A stretch of 64,000 nt of DNA from Convolutriloba macropyga (lineage: Eukaryota). This document shows, piece after piece, positions 35,890-49,528 of this stretch. The notes under the pieces were generated by a model. It was not told where the DNA came from and did no database searches. It worked only from the letters and a program-made list of their open reading frames with translations. The position numbers and the translations under genes were made by a program. The stretch's first letter is position 1. Each line of letters begins with the position of its first letter. The stretch spans positions 16,988,001-17,052,000 of the forward strand of contig NC_134476.1 of the NCBI RefSeq assembly GCF_964194025.1. Direction: 5' to 3'.

Positions 35890-38850
35890 GTTTTAACATA
35901 CAATGAGTCTATCAAAATGACTCTAAGAAGAGAGTCGGAAACAAAAATTTATCATCTAAATGTACAAAGCATTCTTAGCAAGGAAGAACAACTACGCACG
36001 CTAGTGCACGATCTTGGTCCTAACTGCATTTTTTGTTTTGTTTCACAGAAACATGGCTTTGTGAGTTTGATGATATGAACGTTTTCAATCCTGAAAACGA
36101 AAGATACTGTTATTTCAGATCTGACCGTATTTCGCCTGCCGGAACGAAAACGAAAAAATGTGGTGGAGTTATGATTCTTGTTCAAAAGGTTTTTTCTCCA
36201 AAAATTCGTAATGACTTGAATCTTTTTACGGGAAATTTTGAGAGCGTATGGGTCTCATTGAAAATACCAACTTGTCCATCCTTACTAATGAATGTTACTT
36301 ATAACCCCAATAAACAAAACAGCACTGATTTTTTGGACCAACTTGCAATTAACATTGATAATGCAATTACGAAAAACGGAAAGATATTACTTCTGGGCGA
36401 CTATAACAATACCTATTTAGATACCTTGGAAAGATCTAGGCTTGAAACAGTAATACTTCCTTATGATTTACATATAAAGAACCAAACCATTCCTACTCGT
36501 TTAAACCGGGGAAACAATACCAAAAGCCTTATTGATTACATTATTACTGACTGTTCAACTATAAACGACACTATAATTTGTGATAGCATAGTAAAAAGTG
36601 ACCACTTTGCTACTCTAAGTCTATTAGGTCTTCATGTTGAAACTAAAGGTACCAGTCCAGAGAAAAATTTTCGATAAAAAGAACTATAATGCACTTGATT
36701 TTAAACACTGCCTAGAACAACAAAACTGGCAAAAAATATATGTTCAGAACAACTTGGATTCAATGCTACAAGTTTTCACTGAAAATTTTACGACAGCACT
36801 TTCGAAAAAAGCTCCACTTAAAAAATGTTTTATCCGAATTGACAACAGTTTTTTTACATTAACAGACAAATGGTTAACTAGAAAATCAAGACAACTGATG
36901 GTCGATCGAGATAGGTTTTTGAATGATAAAGACTATGAAAATTTCATTGATCTAAAAAACCAGTTTCGTATTAATAATGACAACAATTTCAACAGATTTC
37001 ATAGAAATCATATTGAAGCAGCAGAAAGTGACAGAAAAAAGTGGATGCTGATAAATGAAGTAAGAAACTCTGAAAAAACAAAACCCAGAATCTACAGTTT
37101 GAGAAATGTATTTGGTGATTATGTAACCCAAACAAAAAATTTGCTAACTTGTTGAACTATCGTTTCTCTACACTTGGGAAATTCCAAGGCCCTCAGCATC
37201 CACTACAGACTTCTGGGACAGGCAATCCTAAACAAAAAACTTTTAGCTTTCACTATGTAACGGAAAAAGACTGTCATGACGCAATTAGGGCACTGGGGAG
37301 AAATAGACTGATTGGACCATCAAACATTCCTGCATGGGCTATTATAGACTCAAGCTCTGTCATTGTTCCTAATTTAAATTTCCTTGTGAACTACTGCATC
37401 AAATTATCTTGCTTCCCCAATGAGCTTAAACGAGCACATGTTGTACCACTATACAAGAAAGATGACCCTGAGGAACCTAATAACTATCGCCCAATTTCCA
37501 TTAACCCATGCCTTTCTAAGATCATTGAAACCATCTTGAGGGATCAAACTTGTCAGTACCTTCACGACATCAAATTACTAAGTAAAAATCAGCATGGTTT
37601 TAGGAAAAAGTTTTCTACCATCGATTCCCTTTTATTTTGCACAGAATTCATCAGAAACAAAACTGACATTAACATTTTTGTCACAGCAGCATTTCTTGAC
37701 CTATCAAAAGCTTTTGATTCTATCAATTATGAAATTTTGAATATCAAGTCAGGCAACATAGGTTTTGATGAGAACTCAAAAAATCTCTTAAGAAGTTTCG
37801 TTACAAACCGCCGCCAATCCGTTGTACTACAAGACTGCATATCAGATAAACTAATGCTTCATAGAGGTGTACCACAAGGAACAGTACTTGGTCCGCTCCT
37901 ATTTAATCTGTACATTAATGACATGGCAACAAGAGTTGACAATGAAACTGATTTCATACAATATGCTGACGAAACCGTTATTTTAACCATTGATACCTCC
38001 ATTGACAAAAGGGAAATCAAGTTAGAGCAAAAGGCAAACAAACTTATTCGATTTTTTCATGAACATCACCTCACATTTAATACCTCTAAAACTAAATTCA
38101 TGATATTTGGTAAGAGCAAAAGAAAAGATTTCAGTGAACAGATAATTTTAGATTCAATTCCAATAAACGAGAAACGTGAAGTAAAATACTTAGGGGTTCA
38201 CATAGAAAGCAACATAACGTTTCAAGAGGAAGTGGAACATATCTTACGAAAAATGGCCCGAGGAATAAAAACAATTTATGCTCTTAGAAAATCAATTCCA
38301 CATAAACTGTTGATACTTGTCCTAAATGCCCTAGTATTAAGTCACTTGCACTACTCAGCGGTTATCATTCACTAAATTGAGCAAAATTTAATAAAGTCTC
38401 TTGAGAAACAGCTTAACTGGTCATTACGAGCAACCTTTTTTAGACAGAAATTTGAATCTGTTCAAGATATTAAAGGCAGTCGGAATATACAACCCGTAAA
38501 ACTCTTTTTAAAAACAAAAAGATTACAAAACTTTTGGAAAATAAAAAACAGTTACAACCTGCTTTTTCACCAACATCGGGACGTCCTTTAATCACCTGGA
38601 ACCTTCATGAGTCTATAAGGACAAAAAAACTGTTCTGAAACCAAAAGTTGTTCTCTATCAAAAGGCAAAACTCGTTTGTTAGATTAGCGATACTAGATTG
38701 GAATGAACTACCCAGCGAAATTAAAATCAAACACGACAAATAAATTGGCAACTTAGAACTTTCTTCTCCTCAGCTTACAAAAGGAACCCTTTTTTGTGGA
38801 AGTTTACTTGTTCAACATGGCGTGACTTTAAATTTGGAAAATGAATTAGA
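35869..38850 (+). pseudogene. LINE B ORF2 (APE endonuclease + RT), frameshifted
   Basis: LNVQSI, FTETWL, GGVMI, LGDYN, IDYI, SDH; then NYRPIS, QHGFR, FLDLSKAFD, GVPQGTVLGPLLF, YADET, KYLGV. Confidence 0.95.
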
Positions 38851-39176
38851 TCTACTGTTTACTGGTTGGGTTGACTTTATAAATTTAATTATTTTTTATT
38901 TTGATATATGCGACATAATTTGAATTTAACTCAAGTTTTCTGTTATAATATGGAAATAATAAATCCATTTAAATAATTACACTGCCGGACTAATATCAAT
39001 TGTACTCGTTGATGTGGATCGGAATTCAGTGTTTTTTTAATAGGGTAGCACAGTTAAGTAGGGTTAAGCTTCAGTCGGAAGAGTTGGAGATAGAGATAGG
39101 TATAGTATTATGTATCACATCTGCTACTTAAAAATTGAAGTTTGAGCAAAATAAAGGATGAACTTGATGAGATACA

Positions 39177-39698
39177 CACTAACAAAACTCGTATAAATTT
39201 AACTGGAAAACACCTTACCTTATCTGAAACGTTCAGGTAGTTCTGCTTTACCTGAACTTACCTTAACATATCTTAAATTTACCTAAAAGTTACTTGAAAA
39301 ATTAAATTGGCAACACCTCAATTTTTACCAAACTTGCCTTGAATTTACCTGAGAAACACCTGAACACTTAAGGCAAAATTATTGGAAATTACCTTAAAAG
39401 TTTGCAGAAAACACCTTAAGGTTTCAGGTTAAAACGCCTGAAAAATACCTTCATTTAACCTTAATTTTTAAGGTAACTAATTTTAGTTGAGGTAAAAACA
39501 TAGTGTTTTAAAAATAAGTAAAGATTTGTTCATTTAAGAAATGAGGTGTTGCCCTCTTAATTGTTCAGGAAAATTTAAGGTATAAACTAACGAAATGGGG
39601 GTAAATTTAAGAAAGATTAAGGTGGGTTAAGGTAACGGTCAGGTAAGGCAAAACAACCTGATCTTTTCCGGTAAAATTTTTCGTGACTTTAGTCAGTG
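39177..39698. mobile_element. CACT-terminated foldback MITE (CACTA/EnSpm-like) with internal TACCTTAA/TTAAGGTA repeats
   Basis: Left end cactaacaaaactcgtataaatttaactggaaaa vs reverse complement of the right end cactgactaaagtcacgaaaaattttaccggaaaa. The interior is quasi-palindromic. Confidence 0.75.
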
Positions 39699-40228
39699 AA
39701 ACGTCTAAACTCAAAAGAGAAAAATATTTTTAAATAATTTTGAAAAATTGAGAGGCACTGGAAGTTATTTTTTTAACCTTTTTAAGTGCTGACCATGCTA
39801 TTCGTTTTCATCGTGGTCAGAATGATATATTAAGTCGATCATTTGTCAATTTTTCGTGAAAGGAGTCTTTCAAATACGTTATCGATGGTAAAATTGAGAC
39901 TCGAGAGAAACTTTGATTTAAATCAAGAACAATTTTGAACACAATTTTTTTGTACTTTAGCCTGGAGTTACTGTCAGTAGGAGTACCCTTCTGCTATATA
40001 AAGTTTTTTAATGGATGGGAAGGCTGAAAAATTTGACCATTTACGATTTTCGCCTCGAAGAAAAAGTTCGGGTCACTGGATCTTCGTTTTTATTGTGCAA
40101 GCCTAACTGTTTTGATAATTTTACTGCAGAACGTTTTAAAAGAAAGTTAAAGAAATTTAAAGTAATTTTAACTTAAAGTTAAGCTAAAGTTCAGGTAAAC
40201 GTTAACATAACTTAACCTTAATAACGGT

Positions 40229-40554
40229 TGTTAATTTTCTTTAGTCTGATTCGCTTTCAGAGACAACGACTTATTTTCATGAGTTTATTTTGCTGTGTGT
40301 TCTTGTTTAAGCTCGTATGATTGTTAAATAATAGCTTACAAAGGTGTGGTTTATACCCGCAAGTACGATCAAAGTTAAGTGTGGCACGATGAAACTCATG
40401 TTTGATAATGAATGAAAAGGTTTGGCATTGAAAGTCATGAAAATTCAAAGTTAGAGATATGACTTTTACAGCCATTATGAATATGAACTCAATAAATTTG
40501 ATTTAAATAACAAGGGGAAGGATTGGGGGGCTAAACGGTTATGGACCGTTTACA
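40229..40554 (-). repeat. 3' LTR of Pao element 1
   Basis: Direct repeat of 49209-49528, preceded on the minus strand by ..gccggag (PPT-like). Confidence 0.95.
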
Positions 40555-40769
40555 CTCCGGCACGCAACAACAAAACTTAACAAATTAAATTATCAGAAAA
40601 AGGCAAAATAATTGACATCTGATAATCAAATTTACTGCTTCCAAAGTTTCCGCTTGAGTGAGTTTTATGCATCAGTTTGACATGATTGAAGGAGAACGAG
40701 AACGCGGACAACGAAGAAGAAGAATCATCGTCAGTTTCAAACACTTTACCCAATCTCACTGCGGGCGTT

Positions 40770-43700
40770 GCAGTTTGCCAGTACTGGTCTTGATGTCGAA
40801 GCTACTTGCCACTCCATCTCTACTCACATGTGCTTTGACGATCCAACCAATGGGCCAAATTCCTCGCGATTTATAATCTTTGTAGAGCTAAACAACATCG
40901 TCTTCCTTGAGTTCAGCGTTGGCTTGCTGCCATTTTGTCCGTCTGTTAAGTTCCGGTACAAACTCTTTGAGAAGACCAGACCAATAGTGGTCTAACAGGG
41001 TCTGTGACTCCCTAAAGTCTTTAATTGAAAACCTGGTTCTGTAGTTTGCCAGAGGTTTTAGGCAGAAGTGGCGTCTTCTCATCAGGAAATGATTCGGTGT
41101 TAATGGTTCCTCGTCGATCAAAGTGCTCCCAACATGCGTCAGTGGGCGTGAGTTAAGAATTCCTTCTGCCTCCGCTACGACTGTATGGAAGACTGAAAAA
41201 TAAGTCGGCGGCTTCACAGGACAACAAGTAGGCTTCGTTTAGCCGACCGGATAAGTCGTTCCCAAACCCCTCCGAAATGCGGTGCCAGAGGTTGGTTGAA
41301 CGCCCACTGGATGTTCTGTTGCTCCAGCTGGATACGCATGTAGTTATTGTCTGGTTTGTAATCTTCCTTAAAATTGAGTTTCATTGCCGGGTTAGCTCCA
41401 ACAAAGTTTTTCCGTTGTCCGAAATAATGACATCAGAGTTTCCTCGTCAGGATACAAAACGTCAAATAGCCATTAGTAGAAAGTCAGTGGAGAGGTCATC
41501 ACAAACTTCCAAGTGTACTGCTCGTGTGAACAAGCATGTAAACATGCAGACATAGTTGAGTTCTGTCCGGTTTCTGGATTTTTCAAGGTGAAAAATACCG
41601 AACATGTCCATTCCAGTATTCCTAAATGGGTAGAGTTTGGCGTGCTCCAAAAACCAAAAATTTGGTAGAGGAGCCTTCTTCGGTCTGACATTGTCTACTC
41701 GCAAGCGCCTGCAGATGAAGCAGTACTTCCCTAAAGCTCTTAGAGCTCTGTGGATTCCAACTATCATGAACGTTGCTTGGATATGTGCACAAATATGTTC
41801 AAATCCATGATGCCCGCAGTCGTGATGTGCTTTTTCGATATGCAGTTTGGCAACTCTGCACTTGCTGTGGTGTATCACCGGATGTTGGCTCTGAAAAGGC
41901 AATCCAGATTTCTGAATTCGTCCCTCAACCCTAAGAAGTCCGCCGCTATCCAGAAAGGGTGTATATGGTAATAGCTGGTCCTTCCTGTCTAGGAGTAGTC
42001 CGCTTTGAAGTCGAGAAACTGTGTTCTTGAAGTGTGTGGAATGAGATATCCTCAAGAGAAAGGTTCGAACCTTGTTTTCGTCAGCCGCGAAGTCGTCCAA
42101 GTCGCAAGGTAAGTCGCGTTTGATCGACCTCTTCAGTACGCGTACTGCTTCAAGCACTGTCCTATGTGTGCCAATGAGTATAGGCCAATTTGGAAATCTG
42201 TTTGGGTCTACCAACGGTTTTTCACTGGTCTTGTCATCAACTTGAGTGGCGTATCTTTGAGCTGGTTTGTCAACGGAGAATTTCCACTCGCTCTCAGGCT
42301 TGATCAAGAAAGAAGGTGCTGCTATCCACATTTTTTGAAGATCGCATGGAGCTAGACCTCTGGTACCATGATCAACTGGGTTCGTTTTTCCTGGTACGTG
42401 TCGCCAATCATCTCTGTTTGAGATCTCAGCAATTCTGTTGAGCCTATTTGCGATGTACATCTTCTGTCGATCCTTTGATTTGATCCAGTTGAGTACTGCT
42501 GTGCTGTCGGTCCAAAATTTTTTGCTCCTCACATCTGTTCTCGGTCTCACAGATGCTTGTTAGTTCTGCTCCCAATGTAGCTGCTTCGAGCTCCAAATTC
42601 GAGCTCAACTGTTTGATTGGTGCCCCCCTGTATTTGCTGATGACGTAGTGCGTAGCTATTAAGCCGTCAGCGGAGATTGTCCTCAGGTACACCACTGCTG
42701 ATACTGCTGAAAGTGAAGCGTCTGTGAAGGTGTGCAACTCGTGAGTTCCATCGTCGTTCGGAACTAGAGATCTGGGGATTGGAATTGGAGGCATATTCTG
42801 TAAGTCTTCCATCCATTGTTGAATTTCGTGGTAATGTTCCTTTGATAGCAGCTGATCCCAATTGCGTCCTTGCTTGATGACTTTTTGCAAGATGCATCTC
42901 AGTCGAATTGCAAAAGGCGAGATTATTACAATGGGATCAAACAAAGAAGCAGTCATTGAGAGAAGCTTTCTCTGTGTGATATTCTCTTTTTCATAGCTCA
43001 GTTGGGGTTTCGCAAAAGAAGTTGATCGGATTGAGGTTTCCATGTTTGACCAAGTAACCTTTGCAACTTTAGAACTCCAATTCTGTCTTCCTCAGGAATC
43101 CTTTCCAGCACAGCAGGGTTATTGGTGAGACACTTGGTGAGGTTGAATCCCCCTGTTTTGAGAACATGTTTCAGCTCAGTCGCTGTATTTGCTGCCTCTT
43201 CCTCTGTTGCGAATGTTTGAATGAAGTCATCCATGTAGAATTGTTTTGTGATTGAGTCAAAAATTTTTGGATGTTCTTGTCTGTTATCGTTGGCGCACTT
43301 TTGCAGAACAAAAATTGCGCAGGCGGGAGAACAAGTTGCTCCAAAAATGAGTCATTAGTATCTGGATGTCCTCTTCCCTCTCCTCATCATTGTCGCTCCA
43401 CAAAAAACGGAGAGAATCTTGGTCTTCTTTTTTGATTCCAACATGATGAACATAGCCTCTATGTCTGCTGCTACTGCAACCGCATACTGACGAAACCGTA
43501 GAAGAAGTCCATATAGATTGCACAAAAGGTCCGCTCCCGTTAGAAGTGCATCGTTCAAAGAAACCCCTTTGTATTTTGAGGCTGCATTTGTCACTCGTCT
43601 TATCTTATCCGTTTTTTGCTTGTTGATGACGGGATGATGCAGTAGATACCGAATGTTCTTTGCAATCCTGGTTCGGAACAGCTGCTACGTATCCTTATCC

Positions 43701-46330
43701 ATATCATCAAAGATAGTGGCCATAGATCTCTGTTTCAGTTGGTTGTCTCTCTCTAATCGCCTCTGCAAGGCGTGCCACTGAACCCTTGCCATGAAGTTGT
43801 TGTTGGGCAGTGTGACTTTTTCACGCCAAGGGAGACCAATCTCATATATTTCCCCGTTGTGATGTGTGGTCTCTACCAAAGTCTTTAGTACCTTCTGGTC
43901 CTCATCATTGTGTCCTTTTGTAGAACCCTGATTAAAGTTGACACCTTCAAAGGTCCAAAAAAGATGGAGAAGATTTTCGTCCGGGTCGTCACTACCTCGC
44001 TTGAGATGGTTGAAAAGAGTGATGTTGTGGTTGCTGCTTCCTTTATTGTTTGGTTGAAAGTGCTCTTGTGGCACAGGGCCTGTCAGAGTCCATCCTAACA
44101 TTGTGGTGACTCCGTAGGATGTTCCTGGTTTGCCGGTAGTGAAGTGTCTTGGAACAGTAGCCAGAAAAGCATCCGCTTCTATGAGTATTCCAATTTTGTT
44201 GTCACGAATTTGTGGGAAATTGATTTCTGCCAGATGATCATGGTCTCTACAAAGCCTATTCAACATTTCTGCGGGGACAGTAGGCATCTGGATCTGCTCG
44301 ATGGAGGTTGCGTACACTGAAAGACTTGTCTTCGGTTTTGAGCTGCGAAGCGAACCAATTCCGATCATGACATCAGCTGTTGTCACCATGTGCTCCCCAT
44401 TCAGCGAAGCTAGAGGTAGTTCTAAATCTTTGGGGACTCGAATTCGAAGAGCATCAGCAATGTTTTGTGTGATCTGTGTATTATCACTTCCACTGTCCAA
44501 AAGTGCATAAGTCTTTATGTTGAAGTCTTTGTAGAAGAGCGTGACTGGTATTGCCTGTAGTTGAATAAAAGCTCTGATCCATCTGGGTTCCCGATTTCTG
44601 CTGCAAGTGTGCTTTTGCACCCGTGGAATTTTTGATGAATCATCATTCAGTTCGTTGCTGGTCACTGATTGAAAGTTGGTGTTACTTTTGTCATCAGATT
44701 GCTGAGGATTGCTGTGCTGCTGATTGACAGTTTGATGTGAGCTGTTGTTTCCATAGGTTGGATTACGAGGGTTGAAATTGTTTTGATTGTATCTCCTTCT
44801 GTTGCGAATGTTTGAATGAAGTCATCCATGTAGAATTGTTTTGTGATTGAGTCAAATATTTTTGGATGCTCTTGTCTGTTATCGTTGGCGCACAAAAATT
44901 GCCCAGGCGGGTGAACAAGTTGCTCCAAAAATGAGTCGTTGGTATTTGGATGTCCTCTCCTCATCATTGTCGCTCCACTAAAAACGGAGAGAATCTTGGT
45001 CTTCTTCTTTGCTTCCAACATGATGAACATAGCCTCTATGTCTGCTGTTACTGCAATCTCTTACTGACGAAACCGTAGAAGAAGTCCATGTAGATTGCGC
45101 AAAAGGTCCGCTCCCGTTAGCAGTGTGTGCATTGTTCAAAGAAACCCCTTTTTATTTTGAGGCTGCATTTGTCACTCGTCTTATGTTATCCGTTTTTTTG
45201 CTTGTTGATGACGGGATGATGCAGTAGATACCGAATGTTCTTTGCAATCCTGGTTCGGAACAGCTACTACGTATCCCTTATCCATATCATCAAAGATAGT
45301 GGCCATATATCTCTGTTTCAGTTGGTGGTCTCTCTCTAATCGCTTCTGCAAGGCGTGCCACTGAACCCTTGCCATGAAGTTGTTGTTGGGCAGTGTGACT
45401 TTTTCACGCCAAGGGAGACCAATCTCATATATTTCCCCGTTGTGATTTGTGGTCTCTGCCAAAGTCTTTAGTACCTTCTGGTCCTCATCATTGTGTCCTT
45501 TTGTAGAACCCTGATTAAAGTTGACACCTTCAAAGGTGCAAAAAAGATGGAGAAGATTTTCGTCCGGGTCGTCACTACATCGCTTGAGATGGTTGAAAAG
45601 GTTGATGTTGTAGTTGCTGCTTCCTTTATTGTTTGGTTGAAAGTGCTCTTGTGGCACAGGGCCCGTCAGAGTCCATCCTAACATTGTGGTGACTCCGTAG
45701 GGTGTTCCTGGTTTACAGGTAGTGAAGTGTCTTGGAACAGTAGCCAGAAAAGCATCAGCTTCTATGAGTATTCCAATTTTGTTGTCACGAAATTGTGGGA
45801 GATTGATTTCTGCCAGACGATCATGGTCTCTACAAAGCCTATTCAACATTTCTTTTCGGGTAGTTCTAAATCTTTGGGGACTCAAATTCGAAGAGCATCT
45901 GCAATGTTTTTTGTGATCTCTGTATTATCACTTCCACTGTCCAAAAGTGCATAAGTATCTATGTTGAAGTCTTTATAGAAGAGCGTGACTGGTATTGCCT
46001 GTAGTTGTATAAAAGCTCTGATCCATGTGGGTTCACGATTTCTGCTGCAAGTGTGCTTTTGCACCCGTGGAAGTCTTGATGAATCATCATTCAGTTCGTT
46101 GCTGGTCACTGATTGAATGTTGGTGTTACTTTTGTCATTAGATTGCTGAGGATTGCTGTGCTGCTGATTGACAGTTTGATTTGAGCTGTTGTTTCCATAG
46201 GTTGGATTACGAGGGTTGAAATTGTTTTGATTGTCTCCCCTTCTGTTGCTGGTATTTGGCGTGTTACTGATTGTTGACGAAAGCTGAGACGTTGTATGGC
46301 TGAAGTTTCTACCGTAGTTTGACTGCACCG
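40770..46330 (-). pseudogene. pol: Pao 1 pol (protease, RT, RNase H, integrase), fragmented and internally duplicated
   Basis: ALLDSGS, ADIEAMF, FYMDD, HTFTDAS, ELEAA, WTDS, HHDCGH..CFIC, GMDMFG, ISDNG, HFGGVWER, LNSRPLT..LTPNHFL. Confidence 0.9.
43203..46248. repeat. Tandem duplication inside Pao 1 (~1.6-kb and ~1.45-kb copies)
   Basis: 43203-44803 is repeated at ~44800-46248. Junction microhomology TCTGTTGC. The second copy has a ~145-bp deletion near 45855. Confidence 0.95.
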
Positions 46331-48262
46331 GGTTGTTCCCGGATTTAAATCCCCCTTTACTCGTTGCTTGGAAATCACTTCTCTGCGAAGTCCTGAAGTC
46401 GTCTCGACGGAGAGTTGAATGATGAAACCCATTGCATCCTTCTACAAGACATCGAATTTTGATTTACAGAATCCACACTCATATCTCTTCAAACAATTGA
46501 CACAAAAGTTGTGATGCCTCACCAATTGCTGACGGTCAGCTACAGACTTGCTCAGGTATTCTTTGCAACGACCAAGGTTGTGATCCCCAGAGAATAGTTG
46601 ACAACTTAAGCTGGTTTGATAAATCATGTTGGAGTTTTTCTGGCCTTGGGAAAGCCGTTCAAACCGGATTGTTCTCTGTGGTCTTTGTGGAGAAACATCC
46701 TCGCAAGCCTCTGCATATGTGCTTATCCAATCTGAAAAATTAGCCAAATTGGGTTGCTTCCTTCTCATGCTCCTTACATGTTGATTCCAGCGAATCGTCA
46801 TTGGTGTTGTCAACTTTTCCTTGGCAACTTTAACTACCGCAGAAGCCTTTAGGTCCGATTCAAAATGGTGAAGTCGAAAGGTCTTTATCAAACGTCTGAG
46901 GAAGGACGCAAAACTTACAAAGCTGCTGGGATCATCCATTCTGGTCTTCGGCCATTGTTCAAGTTGTGTGAGGTACGCACTCACAACATGCTGCGGCTTT
47001 CCAAACATTCTGATAAGTTCCTGAAGTGCCTCCTCAGAGAAGTCTCCGTTGTAAGAATAACCAAAGATGAAATCTTTTGCTTTGTGAGTTACTGAGTTTT
47101 GCAAGTATGTCATTTTCTGAACAGTTGAAAGAGCTGGATTGTCGTGAATGGTTGACTTGAAAAAGCTGTACCATTGATGCTTGAGAAATGGTCAAGACTA
47201 ATTTTTGGTAGACTGAGTGTACTGAGGTAGACTGAGTGTACCAATCATCATCACTTGATGATTGGTACACTCAGAATTGGGGGGGGTCTTTGTGGGAACT
47301 GTTGCTCAGAACCCTGCTGTGGCATGAAATTTAAGTGGCGAATAATCTCTCCGTTGAGAGCGTTCATCATTTTGTTTGTCTTGGGGAATGCGTGATCCAT
47401 TTGACTACCGAACAAATGACGTGCCTCTTGCTGATCACGTGGATAGTTATTGTCTGCAAACGGTTGAGTGAAATTGTCAGGCATTGCTCGAAGTTGAAAT
47501 CCAGGTGTTGTACCGGAATTCCAGTACACAGTGTCTGATGGTTGGTTGAGCGCTTGAAAAATTGAGGGTATCAAAACTTTGATTTGGGACATTCACATCA
47601 AAAATCGGGCAACTCTGAACCTGTTTCGCATCTTCACTGAGGCTGCGATGCTCCTGTATCTCACTGTTGTCTTTTGGTTTCTAAGCGTTATTTTTTGCTA
47701 CATTACTCCCTTTTTTGAAGATCACGATGACTGTTTTTGGACGGTACACAATCATGGTCATCAGAACGAAACACCTCATCCCAGCTCTCAGCGTTTTCAC
47801 CCGCATTTTGCGTTGGCGTTTTACGTCTCATTCCGCTTGGTTGTTTACGTCTGGTTCTTGAAACAACAACCTTGCTCCGTAGTTTGTTGGGTTCTTCCGA
47901 GGAGGTGTCGAAAGAGATAAACTTTTGACGGTTTGACCCATGAAGCAAACTGATTTTTTGTTTGATTCTCAGCCATTTGCAATTTCTCCGTGCAGAATCT
48001 GCAGCAACAGTGTCGAGCTCTTCTTTGTCAACTGTTGTTTTATGAGCTCGTTACACATGCGATCAAGCTCCGCTTTTTGCAGTCGAAATTCGTCAACGAG
48101 CTCTTGGAGGTCTGCTGCTGCTTCTGTTTGTTGCATTTGTTCGTCGAGTAGGTCTTGTGCTGCTTCCCACTCAATGACTTTGAACTTCAAGAGTTGCATG
48201 AGTTGAGCTTTGGAGGTTGGCTTTGTTTTGGTTTTGCTTGATATGGCTTTGGTTTGTCTCAT
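46330..48262 (-). pseudogene. gag: Pao 1 gag (DUF1759-like core, degenerate zinc knuckles)
   Basis: MTYLQNSV..AK..I.G....ALQEL..FGKPQ; CQL..DHNLGRC; CVNCL. Confidence 0.8.
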
Positions 48263-49185
48263 TGGTTAATTGTTACTTAGTTTATGGTTGCACGATGACA
48301 TTCACAAAACACTTTATTGCACTCTGAGTGTTATGAGTCACAGCACTTATAGTTAGCACTTAAAATGTTGTTAGAACGCGTAGTGATCGTTTTTTTGTAT
48401 CTACAACAACTTGAATGCTATTTATGTTGCTGTTGTGGACAGCTAACAATGATTTGGTTGTCTTATGTTTTATCAAATCTTGCTTGAATGCTGTTTATGA
48501 AAGTATTTTATGTACGCTTTGCGTTGTGGGGAGGGTTTCGTCTGATCACGGTTGCAGAGAAACGCCCTAACCTGGGGAGGATACTGTTTTACCTTTTAGA
48601 AAATTTTGTGCCTAGAAACAAAAACTTTTGCACTTGAGTGTCAGCTGGTGCAAAACTATAAATCAGAATCAGCTATATTATCTGTTTGAATGTAAGAAGG
48701 TTTGAATCGAACCCTGAATTTTTTAATGCTTTTTCGCTAGACTTAGGGTCAGAGAGTTTTAGCTGAGCTAGAACGTGCTATAATCTAAGAAAGATCAGGC
48801 TTTGCTAACTATGTATATGTTCGACTATCCCCGTCGTAAGCCTATGCGTTGGTTCAAAAGAGAACCCGCAGCCTCATCCGCTCATGCCCCAGTCAATCTT
48901 ATTAGCAAATGTGGGACCTCTAGCCGCATGGACTAGAGAACTGCATTGAGCGGATTGCATCATAATGTTCGGAGTGCCATTAACGATGCAGGGGGAGGGT
49001 AATCGAACTGTAACCTACTTAGAAAGCCTGACAGCCTATAAATTTGAAGTGCTAAAAATATCAGATGAAAAAATCTATAGCACGTTTATTTCAGCTAGGT
49101 GGTTGGATTTTTTAAAATTTTAGTGAAAAACTACTACTCAGATATTTTAAGTTGTCTCTGTCTTGTGAGTCGATGTTTCGGTTTT

Positions 49186-49203
49186 AAAACCGAGGATGCG
49201 CCA
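49186..49203 (-). promoter_or_regulatory. Putative primer-binding site of Pao 1
   Basis: TGGCGCATCCTCGG.. starts 5 nt inside the 5' LTR end. The cognate tRNA was not identified. Confidence 0.55.
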
Positions 49204-49208
49204 GAATT

Positions 49209-49528
49209 TGGTATCTTTTCTTTAGTCTGATCCGCTTTCAGAGACAACGACTGATTTTCAAGAGTTTATTTTGCTGTATGTTCTTCTGTGAGCTTGTATG
49301 CTTGTTAAAAAATAGCTTACAATGGTGTGGTTTTTACCCGCATTTACGATCAAAGTTACGATGAAACTCATTTATGATAATGAGTGAAAAGGTTTGGCAT
49401 TGAAAGTCATGAAAATTCAAAGTTAGAGATATGACTTTTACAGCGATTATGAATATGAACTCAAAAAATTTGAACTAAATATAACAAGGGGAAGGATTGG
49501 GGGGCTAAACGGTTACGGACCGTTTACA
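49209..49528 (-). repeat. 5' LTR of Pao element 1
   Basis: Begins TGTAAACGGTCC on the minus strand and matches 40229-40554. Confidence 0.95.

Larger units (their letters stand above)
34210..39167 (+). mobile_element. CR1/L2-group non-LTR retrotransposon (LINE B), near full length, decayed
   Basis: ORF1 esterase, 2A-like motif, APE, RT, and a 3' UTR ending aataaaggatgaacttga. Confidence 0.9.
40229..49528 (-). mobile_element. Full-length BEL/Pao LTR retrotransposon 1 (decayed), TSD ACGGT
   Basis: Two TG..CA LTRs. ACGGT at 40224-40228 and 49529-49533. gag-PR-RT-RH-IN order with Pao motifs. Confidence 0.95.
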
